Below are positions 39,699 to 53,099 of a stretch of 64,000 nt of DNA, piece by piece. The stretch's first letter is position 1; the number at the start of each line of letters is the position of its first letter. The notes under the pieces were generated by a model that was not told the origin of the DNA, did no database searches, and saw only the letters and a program-made list of their open reading frames with translations. The DNA lies in the NCBI GenBank assembly GCA_964234715.1, contig OZ174279.1. One strand, 5' to 3'. Position numbers and translations under genes: made by a program. This DNA is from Podarcis melisellensis. Taxonomy: Eukaryota.

Positions 39699-40928
39699 GC
39701 AAGTGACACTTTATCCCTCTCTGTGTGTCTTCTCTGTTCTGTGACATCATTAACTCCCAGGAGCAGGGGAAGTGGGAGAAGGGATTCCTTCTGTATAGAA
39801 TTTATATAAAATACTTGTAGGCCACTTTTCTCAAACACCAATCCAAAGCAGTGTATTATAGAAGACTGTGAGAGTGATGTAGGCAGGGACAAAAGGGAAT
39901 AGAGGAGACAAAATGTAGGCTCTCTGCCTCAAGCCGCTAATTGTATATGGCTGCTTTGTGGATGAACTTGTGTCTGGAATAGCTGTCTTCTCCAGCTTTC
40001 TACTCCAGTTGACAGAGCTCAAAATGAATAGGAAGACAAAGGACAGCAAGGTGGGGATTTTGTCCTAGAACACTGGAGAGGGCAGGTTGTATATGGAGGC
40101 AATATATGCAGCCATCATGACAACAGCCGATGCATCTCATTGATTGATTACTTATAATAGTGTGTTTGGGTTGAGTTTGTGTGTGGTTCCAATTAAAACC
40201 TGCTTCTGCCTTAGTCAATGCCTCTGTCACTTATTTGATGCTGTTAAGAGTTTGGTTTCCTTGATTATGGTGAATGGGCCTGACATTATGAATTTGCCTA
40301 CCTAGCAACTAACATGTTTTTGAATCCAAAGCAGCGTTAGTGGTTCTGCTGCTTTTCATAAGAATCTTTCTACTTCCATTATCTCTGCTTGTATATCAGT
40401 AAGTCAACAGAAAATACAAAAATGCCACAAGCATTTCTTTCTTCCAAAGGAAAGTAAACCTGGTAGTACTGACCCTGGTCTTCTCAATGTGCATTGAAGT
40501 GAGGAGTGCATAACACTGTTCACAGCCTGTGTCCATGGAAGATGGTGTAAATCAACTCTTATCTCTGGTTTCTATCCAAATTGGTCTGAATTTAATACTT
40601 ATCGTTTCCCTTGATGCAGTATTGGGAGGGGGGTATTAATGCATTTCACAAACAGGGCTCTATCCTGAATTGACCAAAGCTCTCTAAACCTCCTCTAGGC
40701 CAGGATGATACTGCAGCACTTGATTTCTGGCTGTAATCCAGGTGTGAGATCTTGCATCTAAAGGTAGTTCCACAGAGTACATGCACATGAGATGGGTCTA
40801 TTTGTGCCAATGCAGGGTGGGAAAGGAAATTCAACAACTCACTTTGAAAAAAATTAATTCAAGGAATGCAGGTGGGATGCTTTGGTTCTGTCCATGCTAT
40901 ACTTTTGAAGCTCTTTCTTTTCTTGCAG

Positions 40929-41053
40929 ACAGTGTAGAGGATGAGTTTGAGCTCTCCACTGTTTGTCATCGGCCCGAGGGCCTGGATCAGCTGCAGGAGC
41001 AAACCAAGTTCACCCGCAAGGAGCTGCAGGTCTTGTACCGAGGCTTCAAGAAT
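40929..41053 (+). CDS. KCNIP2: KCNIP2 core exon ([41 protein letters not shown])
   Basis: KChIP2 sequence identity; AG/GT boundaries; 125 nt. Confidence 0.97.
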
Positions 41054-41411
41054 GTGAGTTGGAAAGAAACTCCCCTTGCTGCTGGTGCACTTACAAGCTT
41101 GCTTGGGGGCCATTTCTTTTCCCTATACTAGGCTTTAAAAAAAAAGTACAAAACTTTTGGATAGAAAGAAAGAGACTGTCCTTTTCCATATTGTTGAAGA
41201 GAGCATATTTTAAAATATCCACTCACTACGCATCAAATTTGCAATTTGTAACTTACTCACAGTCACAAAAACTATAACTATAATGAAATCCTCTTTTGTG
41301 ACTATAGGCAGGCACTTCCAACACACTGCCCAGCCAAAGTGCTTCCCATTACTCAGGAACAAAGATGGAGCGTCAGACTTCTTGTATGGCTCCAGTAAGC
41401 GCTCGCTCGCT

Positions 41412-41416
<5 letters not shown>

Positions 41417-41499
<83 letters not shown>
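41417..41499 (+). repeat. Compound (CT)n(CA)n microsatellite
   Basis: Direct observation. Confidence 0.95.
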
Positions 41500-41502
<3 letters not shown>

Positions 41503-42111
41503 TTCCCCCTTGAGTGTCTATACTGCAGCACACACCCCTAATTCTCATATAAATGAAATTGCACCAGCACTTCGACATGGGGTGGCATGCTTCTTTCTGC
41601 TTTTGAACCACTCATCCCTCCTAGGCCAGTAATGGATGCCTCCAAAGCACAGAGGGATTTTCTTTGTGATGTTTGGATGCCAGAAGAATCCAGCTACATG
41701 CTATGACTTCCTCTGAGCCTGGGGAGGCACCCTACACAATAGCCCCCTCTTGTTATATCTTACTGGCTATATTCTGCACTCTGATTGGAATTTCTTCCTA
41801 TATTATCTCAAGTGTAACCACCAGTAGATAATAAGATAATGCTGATTTCTGCTTTCAGAAGCATTTGTTTTACTTACGTGCTTACTCACACACACACACA
41901 CACAGAGCCATGTACAGTGGGATCACCCGCAGCCTGAGAGACACTGCTCAAGTTTTCCCCTAGGAGGTGATCTGCTTTCTGTCATTGGTTATGAGAGTCA
42001 GCTCCTCAAAGTCCTCTTTGATGACACACCTCACCACACTGGCCCTACTCTGGGGTATTGTTTAGACTAGCTCTTCCAAGGTGAACTTGTCTGCACTTTT
42101 CCATTTGACAG

Positions 42112-42181
42112 GAGTGCCCTAGTGGCATTGTTAATGAAGAGAGCTTCAAGCAGATCTACTCACAATTCTTCCCACAGGGAG
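42112..42181 (+). CDS. KCNIP2: KCNIP2 exon, EF-hand 1 ([23 protein letters not shown])
   Basis: CPSG motif of the NCS family; canonical splice sites; 70 nt. Confidence 0.97.
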
Positions 42182-42741
42182 GTGAGTGCCACTCCCAGCT
42201 GAGATCTTTTGGAGGAACTGGGAGGCCAGATAAGGACAGTGAGTGGCTTGGCGGCTGCTAGAAATAATTTGGGATATATTCTTGAGGGCCTTGGCACAGT
42301 CATCTTCAGCTGCCCATTGCTTCCCTGCCTGCTGTGCCAAGCACAGCTCCTGGCCCAAGAGAACGGTCCATGACACATCTTTGTAGTTAAATATGGCTTC
42401 CTCTTTGCTCAATTTTAAACAGGCTTTTAAGACCATTTTACTTGAGCAGGCTTTTCTTGTTAAGTGCCAGGACTGTTGTTTATCATGATAATATGTTTTT
42501 ATTTGTAAGCTGCCTTGAGTATACTTTATTAGAGAAGGGCAGACAGTAAATATTGCCATTAATAAATAAGATATCTATGTCTAAGGGGAAGCAACAATAA
42601 TTTCCTGGCACTTGATAAAGTATTTCCAAAAGCTGCAGCTATAGTCACTTTCTCTGGTTGTTCTCTGTCTGCGATTCGGTTGGTTTGTTGACATCTGGTA
42701 AAAGGCCTCCTAATCATTTACTGTGATGCACTTCTTTTCAG

Positions 42742-42812
42742 ATTCCAGTACATATGCAACTTTCCTTTTCAACGCATTTGACACCGACCATGATGGCTCA
42801 GTCAGTTTTGAG
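42742..42812 (+). CDS. KCNIP2: KCNIP2 exon, EF-hand 2 ([24 protein letters not shown])
   Basis: Homology; canonical splice sites; 71 nt. Confidence 0.97.
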
Positions 42813-44259
42813 GTAAGATTCTACATGCAGTTATTTAGTTATGTTATTTATAGAGCAACTTTTATAACAAACCTTGACTGGGTGTTTCACAGAATAAAAA
42901 CAATGCTTCTGGCATTGCAAACAAGCCCACAAAAAGTAGGCTTACAATATTGTTTCTCCAGCAGCCCACAGCATTTCTAAGCAGAGAAGGGCATTTCCCT
43001 CTTCTTACAGCCTACTTGGTTTCTATGCTGAGTGCAGGGGAGAGATGGAACACACAGTCCCTCCGCCACTGCTCATCTGTGTGCAGTTTTTCAGCTGTTT
43101 TAATTGTGTACTTTTATCACTGATGTGTATGCTGCCCTTTGGGAAGAAGGGCAGGATATAAATTTAATTTTTTAAGACATTCCTTGTCACCTATGAGTAC
43201 CAGTTGAGTTCTTAAACACAGGGTGGTAATTCAGTAGTAGAGCATCTCCTTTGCATGCAAAACAACCCTGGTCAATTCCCAGCATGTTCAGGCAACACCA
43301 TGCCCTACAGCTCCACTGATCCTAAAATATCACAATTATTTCTCCACTTTCAGTCTATGCACCTAAACCCTGCAACTCAGGTCAGTGAGGGCACCTGGTA
43401 GAAGTGCATGGACCTGCCTTTCTGAGCTCTTTGCTAAGTAGAGTGAGGGCAAATGACATAAAAAAACCCAGACATCCTACCTGAGGAAGGCATCTTTCCC
43501 ACTCTCTCCAGTGAACAACCACAACAGCTTTCTCTCTCTTGCCTATTGATTTTCCCAAAAGTTTTGTGAACTTTCATTTGTGTGTATTTATATTTCTCTC
43601 CTCTCAAGTACACTCTGTAGATCATTTTACTTCAGATTCAAATCCCGGAAGCTTAGGGTGGGTAGCAATAAGTTAAAAAATATAAAATAATTATGTACTA
43701 GATATCTGAAACTTCCTCAGTCTACACACTTAAATAAAGCCAGTGGAAAGGCTGCCCTAATGGAAACAAATTTAAATGAATGAAATAATTAATGTTACGC
43801 TGACAAATTGCCTGAGAATACTTCACCATTTTCTCTTGATGTTCTAATTTCAAATTCTGTTGTCAAAAAATAATCATGAAGGTTGAAGCAGAAAGGTCAG
43901 CAGGAAAGCTCTTAAGTCAGGGGTGAGGAACCCTTCCGATGTTGTTGGGATTCCAGTTCTGATCAACCCTAGGCAGCTTGGCCAATGGGATGGGATGACA
44001 GGAGTTGTAGTCCAGCAGTATTTGGAGGGTCACAGGCTCCCCACCCCTGCTCTAGGGTATTAAACAATCATATACTCAGTAATTCTTTCCCCGGGTGGGT
44101 TTTTTACTCTGTGAGTTGCTCTTTGCAGTTTGTTGCCATTGGGACCCCTCCACATCTCAGTTTCTGCTTTGCTTAAACCTCAAGCCTTCATGACACTTGA
44201 GCTAGACTTGATTGTTTCTTTACCCCACCCCAGCCTTTTTCTTTTTCATTCCCCTGCAG

Positions 44260-44367
44260 GATTTTGTGGCTGGCTTATCCATTATTCTACGTGGTACTAT
44301 AGATGATCGGCTCAACTGGGCCTTCAACCTCTATGACCTGAACAAAGATGGCTGTATCACCAAAGAG
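44260..44367 (+). CDS. KCNIP2: KCNIP2 exon, EF-hand 3 ([36 protein letters not shown])
   Basis: Homology; canonical splice sites; 108 nt. Confidence 0.97.
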
Positions 44368-44501
44368 GTACATATAGAGGGAGATAGAGTCAATGGTACC
44401 AGAAGATACTGGGCTCTCCTGCTTGTTGTCCACAATCTCCCTCAGCCCACAATCGAGTTCTGATTTTTGCTGGCCATTCTTTTTGTGCTCTTGTCTTGCA
44501 G

Positions 44502-44606
44502 GAAATGCTGGACATAATGAAATCCATTTATGACATGATGGGCAAATACACTTACCCAGCCATGCGAGAAGAAGCACCTCAGGAGCATGTGGAAAGCTTT
44601 TTCCAG
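44502..44606 (+). CDS. KCNIP2: KCNIP2 exon ([35 protein letters not shown])
   Basis: Homology; canonical splice sites; 105 nt. Confidence 0.97.
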
Positions 44607-45335
44607 GTGAGCCTTGAGTCAGGACATTTCCATGGGTGAAGAAGACCCAGTGAAATTAATGAACATAACTAAGGACCATTTGTTTCAATGGGTCTTCTCT
44701 GAGTAAAACATAATTACTACCCCATGTCAGTATCCTGCAGTTCTACAAAACCTTCCCATCCCTCGTAGTTGAGTGAGTGGGTTATTTTAGTCAAGATATT
44801 TGGGTTTGCCCTCTTCCTAGAAAAGCCTTTCTATCTTGGCACCCTCCAGATGTTTTGGATTCCAACTCCCACCATACCTGCCCAGTGTAACCAATGGCCA
44901 GGGATAATGGGAGTTGTAGTTCAACACATTTGGAATGCAAATGTGTGCATTTGAGTACAGAGTCAACACAGAGTAGAAAACTCAACACAGGGTTTTATCA
45001 GAACTTTAAGCTTTCCCAATGGGCACTCTTCCTTCCTCTTTCCAGTAGGGGCAGCATCTCCCATCTCTTACTGTTATGATCATAGTAGTGGACCTGTTTG
45101 CAGCACCAGCCCACTGCTGTTTCCTTGGATGCTTGCAAGATGTCATTAGTGAGGTAGGGGGCCATTCTCTGCCAGAAATGCCTTTAAGCTACCTAGAAGC
45201 TGGCAGCTTCCCTGACCAGGTCTGCCTCAAGGATGTCCTTCCTGGCTGTGGGTATTGTAGTGTGCCTGAAGCTGCTCCTAGGAAACAGATGTTACCTTGC
45301 CTTTAATTCTCATATCCCTGGTTCTTGCATTTCAG

Positions 45336-45398
45336 AAAATGGATCGTAACAAGGATGGAGTGGTGACTATTGAGGAATTCATTGAGTCCTGCCAGAAG
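45336..45398 (+). CDS. KCNIP2: KCNIP2 exon, EF-hand 4 ([21 protein letters not shown])
   Basis: Homology; canonical splice sites; 63 nt. Confidence 0.97.
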
Positions 45399-45609
45399 GT
45401 AGCATACCCCCATTAGAGAAGGGTGGGGATATTGCATTAGTGTCAGAGGGTACAGACCACTGCTATTTTTCTGCCATGCATAAAAAGGGGGTGGGGGTTG
45501 AAAAGGTCCTTCACACCCAAGGTACAGTTTGGGGGGCGGAGGGAGTCAAAGCTGATAATTAGTTCTAGGACTTCTTAATTATTCTAACTTGTCCTCTTTT
45601 CTTTGGCAG

Positions 45610-45657
45610 GATGAAAACATCATGAGTTCCATGAAGCTCTTTGACAATGTGATCTAG
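45610..45657 (+). CDS. KCNIP2: KCNIP2 last coding exon (DENIMSSMKLFDNVI*)
   Basis: KChIP2 C-terminus; TAG at 45655-45657. Confidence 0.97.
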   Translation, partial: DENIMSSMKLFDNVI

Positions 45658-48600
45658 CGGGCCACTCCTGGAGCCCAGACCTTCACACACACTCCTGGGG
45701 CTTCTCTTCTTGGTGTATCCCTCTGAGGCATTCTTCTCTTGGCTGTATGGACAAAGCAGCCCTTGTCCATTCTGGACTGGGAGACATTTCTGGACACCAT
45801 GTATTCAAGATGCAACTGGGGGAAAGTCCCTGCAATGGGAACCACGGGGGTGGGAGGGAGTCTTTGGCTGGGTTGGACCAAGGCCCAGCAGGGGGAACAG
45901 CCTGATATCCACAAGCACTTCCTCTGGGCATTGAAAAGAAAAACCCGGATCAACCTGCTGCCTCCCCTTGGAAGCTGCACTGCCCTGTCACCAAGTAGTA
46001 TGCCCACCCTTTAGGGCCTTCCAAATCACAGCAACCCCTGACCCTTCACTGGGGTTCCAAGCGGGTTTCACACCACCAAATGGCAGTGCAACAGCTGGTT
46101 GCCAAGGACTTTCAAAGGATTTTGTGTGTGTGCAATCTTACCCACTGCCTATCAGGAGTGGACTCCATCTAATTTGCACCAAGGCTCTCACTGCAATACC
46201 CTGAGGCTTCCAGTTGGGAGATAAATTTCCCAGTGTCAAGGTAACTTGCAATCCTGGCACTAAACTCTGGGGGAGAGCTGAGGCAAAGAAATAGAGAGTG
46301 AGTGGGATTTTGCTTTGTGGTTTCTTTTCTTTGCATCCTCAACAGGAAATGAAAATTGTGCGCCACTCACGAGAGGCAGGTACAACACAACCTTTAGCTT
46401 TCATTTACAGATCAGGAGGGAGGGGTGAATTATGCTTGGATTCCCATGGCAAGAAAGTACACTAAGCTTGATCAGAGCTTTTCCTTGCATCCCGCCCTCT
46501 ATAATCTGTCATGAAAACAGGGGTAGAAGTGGTGAGGACATGTCACTAGAAATGTTTAAATGAGGATGGAATCTCTGGTCTCACTGGGCAGGGTCTCTAT
46601 GCGGCCTGAGATAATGATAATACTATCTGTTATGCAGCTCCAACAACTGAGGGCCATACAGAAAGTAAGTGTCAAGAGCTCAGACATCCTTCAATGAGAA
46701 GAAACTCAGGGTTCAGCTAAGGTTTACGGGTGATAGTCTGGCATCAGCTAGGGTATGCTTTGTCCTTGAACTAAGTTCACTGAAAGATAAAAACATGACA
46801 TAGCTCCTTGACTTACATTGATCATGGTGAATGGAAGAGGTGGAAGAGGGCATGTGTGAGAGCACATAAAAGAAAATCCTAGGAATCACATTAGAGGGTG
46901 GAAGAGCTTTGCTGTTTCTTCCCTGTGCCAACTATCTCTTTAGCTGCTGCTCATCTCTCTGTGATGCTTATGTTTTATTACAAATAAGCCCTTGGGTCAT
47001 TCAGAAGCAGAAACAGTATGGGCAACTGGCATCTTCAGAGTGTTTATGAATCTCCAACAGAGTGCCAGGTTCTGAACAGAGCATAGCAGCAACACTGTAC
47101 TTGTGTAGAGGGCTTACAGATCACACTAGCTGGCCAGGACAAGGATACTGTAATGGGTCAGCAATTCATTATGAGCAGCGGGAGTGGACTAGCCAGAGGA
47201 GCTGAAAATGTAGGTCTTGTGGAAGGGCTTAAATTGGAATAAGCTGTTTGATGCATGGAGGAAAGTGTGGCATGGTAATGTAGGAGACAAAAACTGATGA
47301 AAGAGGAGTTGTGCAAACTGCAGAGGCCAACATGGAAAGTAAACAAAGACAAAAAAGCGAAAGAGAAACTGCCTGTAACAGAGATATTAAGGGCTTAAAA
47401 AGAACTAGAATCTTGAAGCTGATTCTAGTATGACAAGACCACTCAGATTAAGGCAAAGTATAGGAAAGAGACAAGGATGATACTGAATAGGTTTGGGGGT
47501 TTTTTGGTCATACAAACAGGTACTGTATCCCAACGAAGGCAGAAAAGTGAGGGAAGAGTTAGTGAGCCAGAGGCTGAGGTACTCAACAGCAGACAGTATC
47601 TAGATGGCAGAGATGAACACCCTCTATCCTGTCCCTGCCTAGCATCCCCTGCAGTACACAAGCTAGTTCTACCAATGTTCTTAATATCTTACCCACAGCC
47701 CTAGTTTTATCCCAGCACTTAACTCCTCTCAGGCTCATCTCAGTTATTGTTCCTGCATCCTGACAACCAACCCTATACTTTAGCTCCCATCTCAGACTAC
47801 AGTTGCAATCTTGAGTAAGCACTTAGGCACTTGGCAGTCTAGAGCAAGATTCAAAGACCCACAGAAATGAGTTTCTTTGTTCTGTGGTCTGAAAGTGGAA
47901 TGTATCATTCAAGAGTGTGTGAAGGATAGGAATTGGAACTGGCCAGCTCAGGATTTTTAGCTATGCAAACAGACTTCCATGTGCACTGGAGCCCAGCTTT
48001 GGCTCTTCTCCTTCCTGAGGCTGCCATTTCAGTTCTTGCCAACCCATCATTACAGCGCTTAAGGGTCCCTCTTTGTGTAGTTCAGATGTGTTTTCTGCTA
48101 AGGGTCACAGCTGGGATCAAATCTTGGAGATTGGGAACAGTTTGGCATCTACATGGTGGTTATTTTTATTTAAATTTGTACAATGCCTGGACCCATAACC
48201 ACACTATGTTTTTTTAACATTTCATTCCCTTGGCTTAGTTTCTCCTCCCCATGCCTCAAAATGATTTTAACAATCCCATCCCTGTATAACCCTCCCCAAG
48301 CCTGTCCCTTCCACACATGCATTCTCTTCAATGAAACAATTTCTAATCACAAACATCCTCCTACCATCTTGCACTCCCATCTTCCATCCAAGAAAGCCTG
48401 TTTCTGTGCACAACACAACAGTTTCCTTTCTCCTGCATCTCTCACATCCTCATTCCTCACCAGTACCATCCTATCTGGCTTATCTCAAACTTAAGGGTTT
48501 AACACTAGTGTTTATTACCCCTTAAGGCCTGTAGGAGAAGCTGGAGGGGGGAGGAGGGGAAGAGAAGAGTCACACCCCAACTACCCTCCGTGGCTATTCA

Positions 48601-50311
48601 TAACCAGTCAGAATAGTATAGTAGTGCTCTGCTACCCTGCAATTGCTCACAGGGCAGCTTCCAGTATAAAGGTTGCCTACTGTGGTATGTGTATGTCTGA
48701 CATCAGAGCATGTTCTAATTGCCATCCTGAAATCATTGATATGGCCATAATGTGTATGGTAGATCACTTTCCCTTGTACAGAAAATTCCCATGCTACCAT
48801 TGCTAGGAATATCTTGTGGTGATGTAGAAACTTCACACACATCTGGGGAAATCCACTCTTTATGGTCACTGCATGAAGCAGCCATAATATTTAAACTGGC
48901 TCTGTTAGCTGTGGATGGGATGCAAACCACATGGCTGACAACTGGCCACTGCTGAGGGAACTACCCTCATCAAAGATGAACAAGTACCTGGCTGGTATGC
49001 AAAGTTAACACTACCCTTATAACACTGCCACTTCCAAGTGTGTCTAAAGTAGCCTTGTGCTTTTCCTGATGGGTCTTTATGCTGGAACACTCTAGCAGAA
49101 GTGATTGTCTCACTTTACTAAGAACCCAGAGTTGTTCTTCAAGACCAGAGGTGACAATACAAAGGCCTTCCTGGTTACAAGCAAGTCAGGGTGGAAAGTG
49201 CTGTAATCAGAACTGGGAATCACAAATATTCCAGACTCAAGACTATCCTGCTTTCAGATACAGGCTGGCTTCTGGGGCTGCATTTTCAAGAAGGGCCAAG
49301 AGCATATTTCCTCACATTGTCAGCTACCAAATAAAGATGGGTGTTGGTGAGCCCAAGTAAATTATAAAAGGAGGTGCTTTATACCGTGTTAGGCCAATGG
49401 CCCATCCAGCCTGATACGGTCTGTCTTTTCCAGGTTTAGGCAGAATTCCTTGCTTCCAGAGATAGCTGCATTCAAGATTAATCTTCAAAATGCAGCTGTG
49501 GCCCACTCCCATGAAATGTTGATAGCCTTTCCCACTTTTCACTGTGTCTGTTATCAGATACAGCCATAGGTCCATTAGAAACTAGGGTGGGGAGTTGAGA
49601 GTAAAGAAACACCACATAGATTACCTCCCCATACACAGTGATCTTCCACCAGCCCAGCCCAGATATACTCACCTTTTAAATGGCTTTTATACCCTTTCTG
49701 ACAAAGAACTTCACTATTCCAGGGGATTTTGCAGTTGAGAAGTATGTCTTAGGCTGCATACTCAACATCCCTTCTAATACAGAGAATTTGTCCTTCTGAC
49801 ACCCTTTAACTAAACTGTCACATTTGTAGTAAGGGTGGTCAGAGTGAGAAGATGGTGAATTTACCTACCATCACTCTTTTAATGCATGTTTATGGGTAAA
49901 GTGGCGATTTCAATCTAATTAAGAGAGCATTACAGAAACCAGGTTATTCTAAAAGAATGAACATAAAGTAGGAGGACATGACCTTTTCATTCAGCGTTAC
50001 ATTGGTTCTATTTAGAATCATTCTCTGATTTTGCAAAGCCCATATCCTGACCCATCACTCATCTCTTTGCAGATTGTTCTTTTGTTTGAAACATCTTCTT
50101 CCTGTCTGTTGATACTCCTAACCTGATGGCAATCCCTATGTGGGTGGGGCTACTGCTCCACTCCTCACCTATACGCCAGCTGCATATTTCTACCTGTGCT
50201 CTCACTACAATCACTAAATCAGGGCCAGATGGCCCATTCCCACTGCACTAGTGGGGCACATTGAGCTCTGCTATCAGCTTTGCATTTTCAACTCTGTATA
50301 TTTTGTAAAAT

Positions 50312-50336
50312 AATAAAGATCAAGTATGACAATAAA
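50312..50336 (+). terminator. KCNIP2: Probable KCNIP2 polyadenylation signals (AATAAA at 50312 and 50331), implying a ~4.7-kb 3' UTR
   Basis: Two AATAAA hexamers preceded by U-rich TGTA-containing sequence (tctgtatattttgta); the region 45.7-50.3 kb is largely free of the repeats common elsewhere. Confidence 0.5.
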
Positions 50337-53099
50337 ATGCAACCACAATGGCTATGCACAAACACCACGACCTCTGCTGCTGTTTGCTTTCCCACATATC
50401 TTCACAGGGAAGTGCTGGGTACTGTATTCAAATGGGTTTTGTTTGCCTCCCTTTCATTCTTGATATTACTGTTAAGGCTAGCAGTCTTATGTGCAACTAC
50501 TACTGAAACATCTGCTGTGGTTCATCTCTGTGTCAATATGAAGTATTCAGACTCTTCATTGCAAATGGGATCTGAAGTCTTCCTTCAAAAGTGCAGCAAG
50601 CTTGCTTCTGGTCAGCTGTACAGATGCCACATAAAGAGAACCCTCCTTAAAAGTTGCTAGAGGCATTGATTTTCCAAGAATAAAATGAGGACAAATGAAG
50701 CAATCAAAACAGTATCAAAGTCTGGGTAGGGAGCTGGCCCTGATTTTATACCTAGTGTAGCATCAGGCTCTCCCAAGTTAGGTGTTGCAAGATTGCCCCC
50801 CCCCCAGTTGGGAATCTGAGTGTAGTGCAGTGTAACTTTCTCCCAGTTCCAGTCACTACACAGAGGCAGATTAAGGTCCAAAACAGTTTACTGCTGCAAA
50901 AGATCAGGTCTCAGTAATACAGTTCCAGATGTTGACATATGCATGCAGCCTGTAAGCTTTGCAGATACAGATACATACAAGTAGAAAATATCTATGTTGC
51001 TCCAGCAATTCAAGACATAGACACAGACCCATTGACTGACTGATGAGCTAACATGCCTTAATCAAACACACACACACGACACTGGGCCATAGGAACTGGC
51101 TTTGCTGACCTTGCATCTGTTGGCTTATGTCAGACATGGGGTGATTTGTGGCCATGAAATAAATTAATGCCTTCATGTCCATTTCCTCCAACATTATCCT
51201 CCATAAATTTGTCTAATCCTCCTTTAAAGGCATCCAAGTTGGTGGCCAACACAGCCTCCTATAGGAGCAAATTCTATAGTTTAACTATGCACTTGCATGA
51301 AGTGTTATTTTATCTGCCCTGAATCTTCCAATCAGTTTCATTGGATGTCCATGAGTTCTACTATTTCACCAAAAATGCATCTGTGGCCTGCCAAGGTCAA
51401 TGCTGCAGCTTTTGGAGGACTGGCCATGCCACCTCTGGGGTGGGGAAGGTTGCAAAATGGAGAGATTTGCCTCTTCCCACCTCTTGCACCCTTATGATCC
51501 TGAAAGAGCAAGGGTCCTAAAACACAAATCTATAAACAGAGTGCCATCTAGTGACCAATGGATGCAACAGCATCACCCTATAACATTCACTACTCCTTGC
51601 ATACTAAGAACTCAGCAGAAAGTTGAAATGGGTGGTCACATAACTCCCTATACCATGGATGGGGAAGCTGTGCCTCTGCAGATATTGCTGAACTCCAACT
51701 TCCATCAGCTCCAGTCATCATGGCTACTGGTCAGGGATGAGAGCTATAGTCCAACAATATCTGGAAACCCACAGGTTTCCCATCCCTGCCCTATGGTGTG
51801 AGGAGTCATTTTCCAAGAAGAGAATAAAGCAGCTCAAAATTAAAGAGGCTCATACTTGTGAGGAACAGAAGTCATTGATGATATGGTGTGTCTGGTACTA
51901 ACACAGAGAAGCTGCCCAAAGTACCAACAACTCTAGTGCAAGTGGAGAAAAGAAAGTGGCTAGTCGAAGCGAACAGCATCAATCAGATTTCATCTCAATT
52001 GTCACACAGGTGTTTCTTTTATTTCTGAGACAAAAAGCCTCACCATCACAGAAACTTTTGATCTTAAAGTTGCTTGTTTCTACACATCAGATTACGATCA
52101 ACCCTATCTGAAGCCTAAAATGATACAGAGAAAAAAGCAAACAGGATGCAAGTATTTATTATTTGACAATATGAAAATGTTAAAGCCAAGCAGACATAAA
52201 ATAAAGCAACAGCAAAATAGATGTTCAATCACACCCCTATGAAATTCTAAACCATCCTAAGTATTTGTAGTCAATTCAATTTTTTTAATGACTAGTTCCT
52301 CAAAAAAGGAACTAGATTTTCTATTATCCTTTCACTATCAGCACTTAGAATTGGGCAATATAAAAGTGTTACATATGCAAATAAAGTAATGACAATTGTA
52401 CAGAAAAGCAGCAATCTTTCCTCAGTAAGGTTTGCCAGGAGACCACTATGTTACTAGTCCAAACATAAAGCTGTACTCTTGCCAAGTAAGCAACCCTGAA
52501 AAGCTAGTAAAAGACCAGCTCAGTCCAAAACATGACAAGATTCTGTCGTGGCTCCTCCCCTCACCCATCTTGTCCTCTCACTCACCAGACTCTGTCCTGG
52601 CTTCACCTGCATCGAATGCAACCCTGCTCTGCCAGAGAGGTGGCATTTTTCAAAAGGAAAACAGTAACCAAGGGAATACGTCAGTCAAGCACATCTACCG
52701 ACATTGGAGATTATTGTTCACCCACCGGAAACGGGCAAGACTTTTCCAGGAGCAACCTAGGTGTCCACTTTCTTTTAAGAGGGGTTGGGGTTCTACAGGG
52801 TTTCAGACAGACGCCTTTCCCAGCCCAGCCTGTCGGCGTCAGAAATAGAACTATATGCATACAAAGCGTTTACTCTGCCAATGAGCTTGCAGCCCTTTCC
52901 CTGTTCGATATTTACTTCATTTTTATCCAACTTTTTAGCCAAGGAGTTTGGGCAACTCAAAGCCTCACACACACTGGGGCGGGGGAGGAGAGCCGCCAGA
53001 ACAACCCTGTGAGGTAGGCTAGGCTGCGAAAGTGACTAGGAATGTCACCGAGTGAGCTTCGTGCCTGAGCTGGAATTGGAAGCCAGGTGACAGTTCAAT

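Noticed and set aside
39699-40928. Mammalian KChIP2a-specific exon 3; also the canonical first exon (MRGQGRKESLS...) anywhere in the window
   Set aside because: Neither was found by eye. The first exon probably lies upstream of the window, but absence is not proven.
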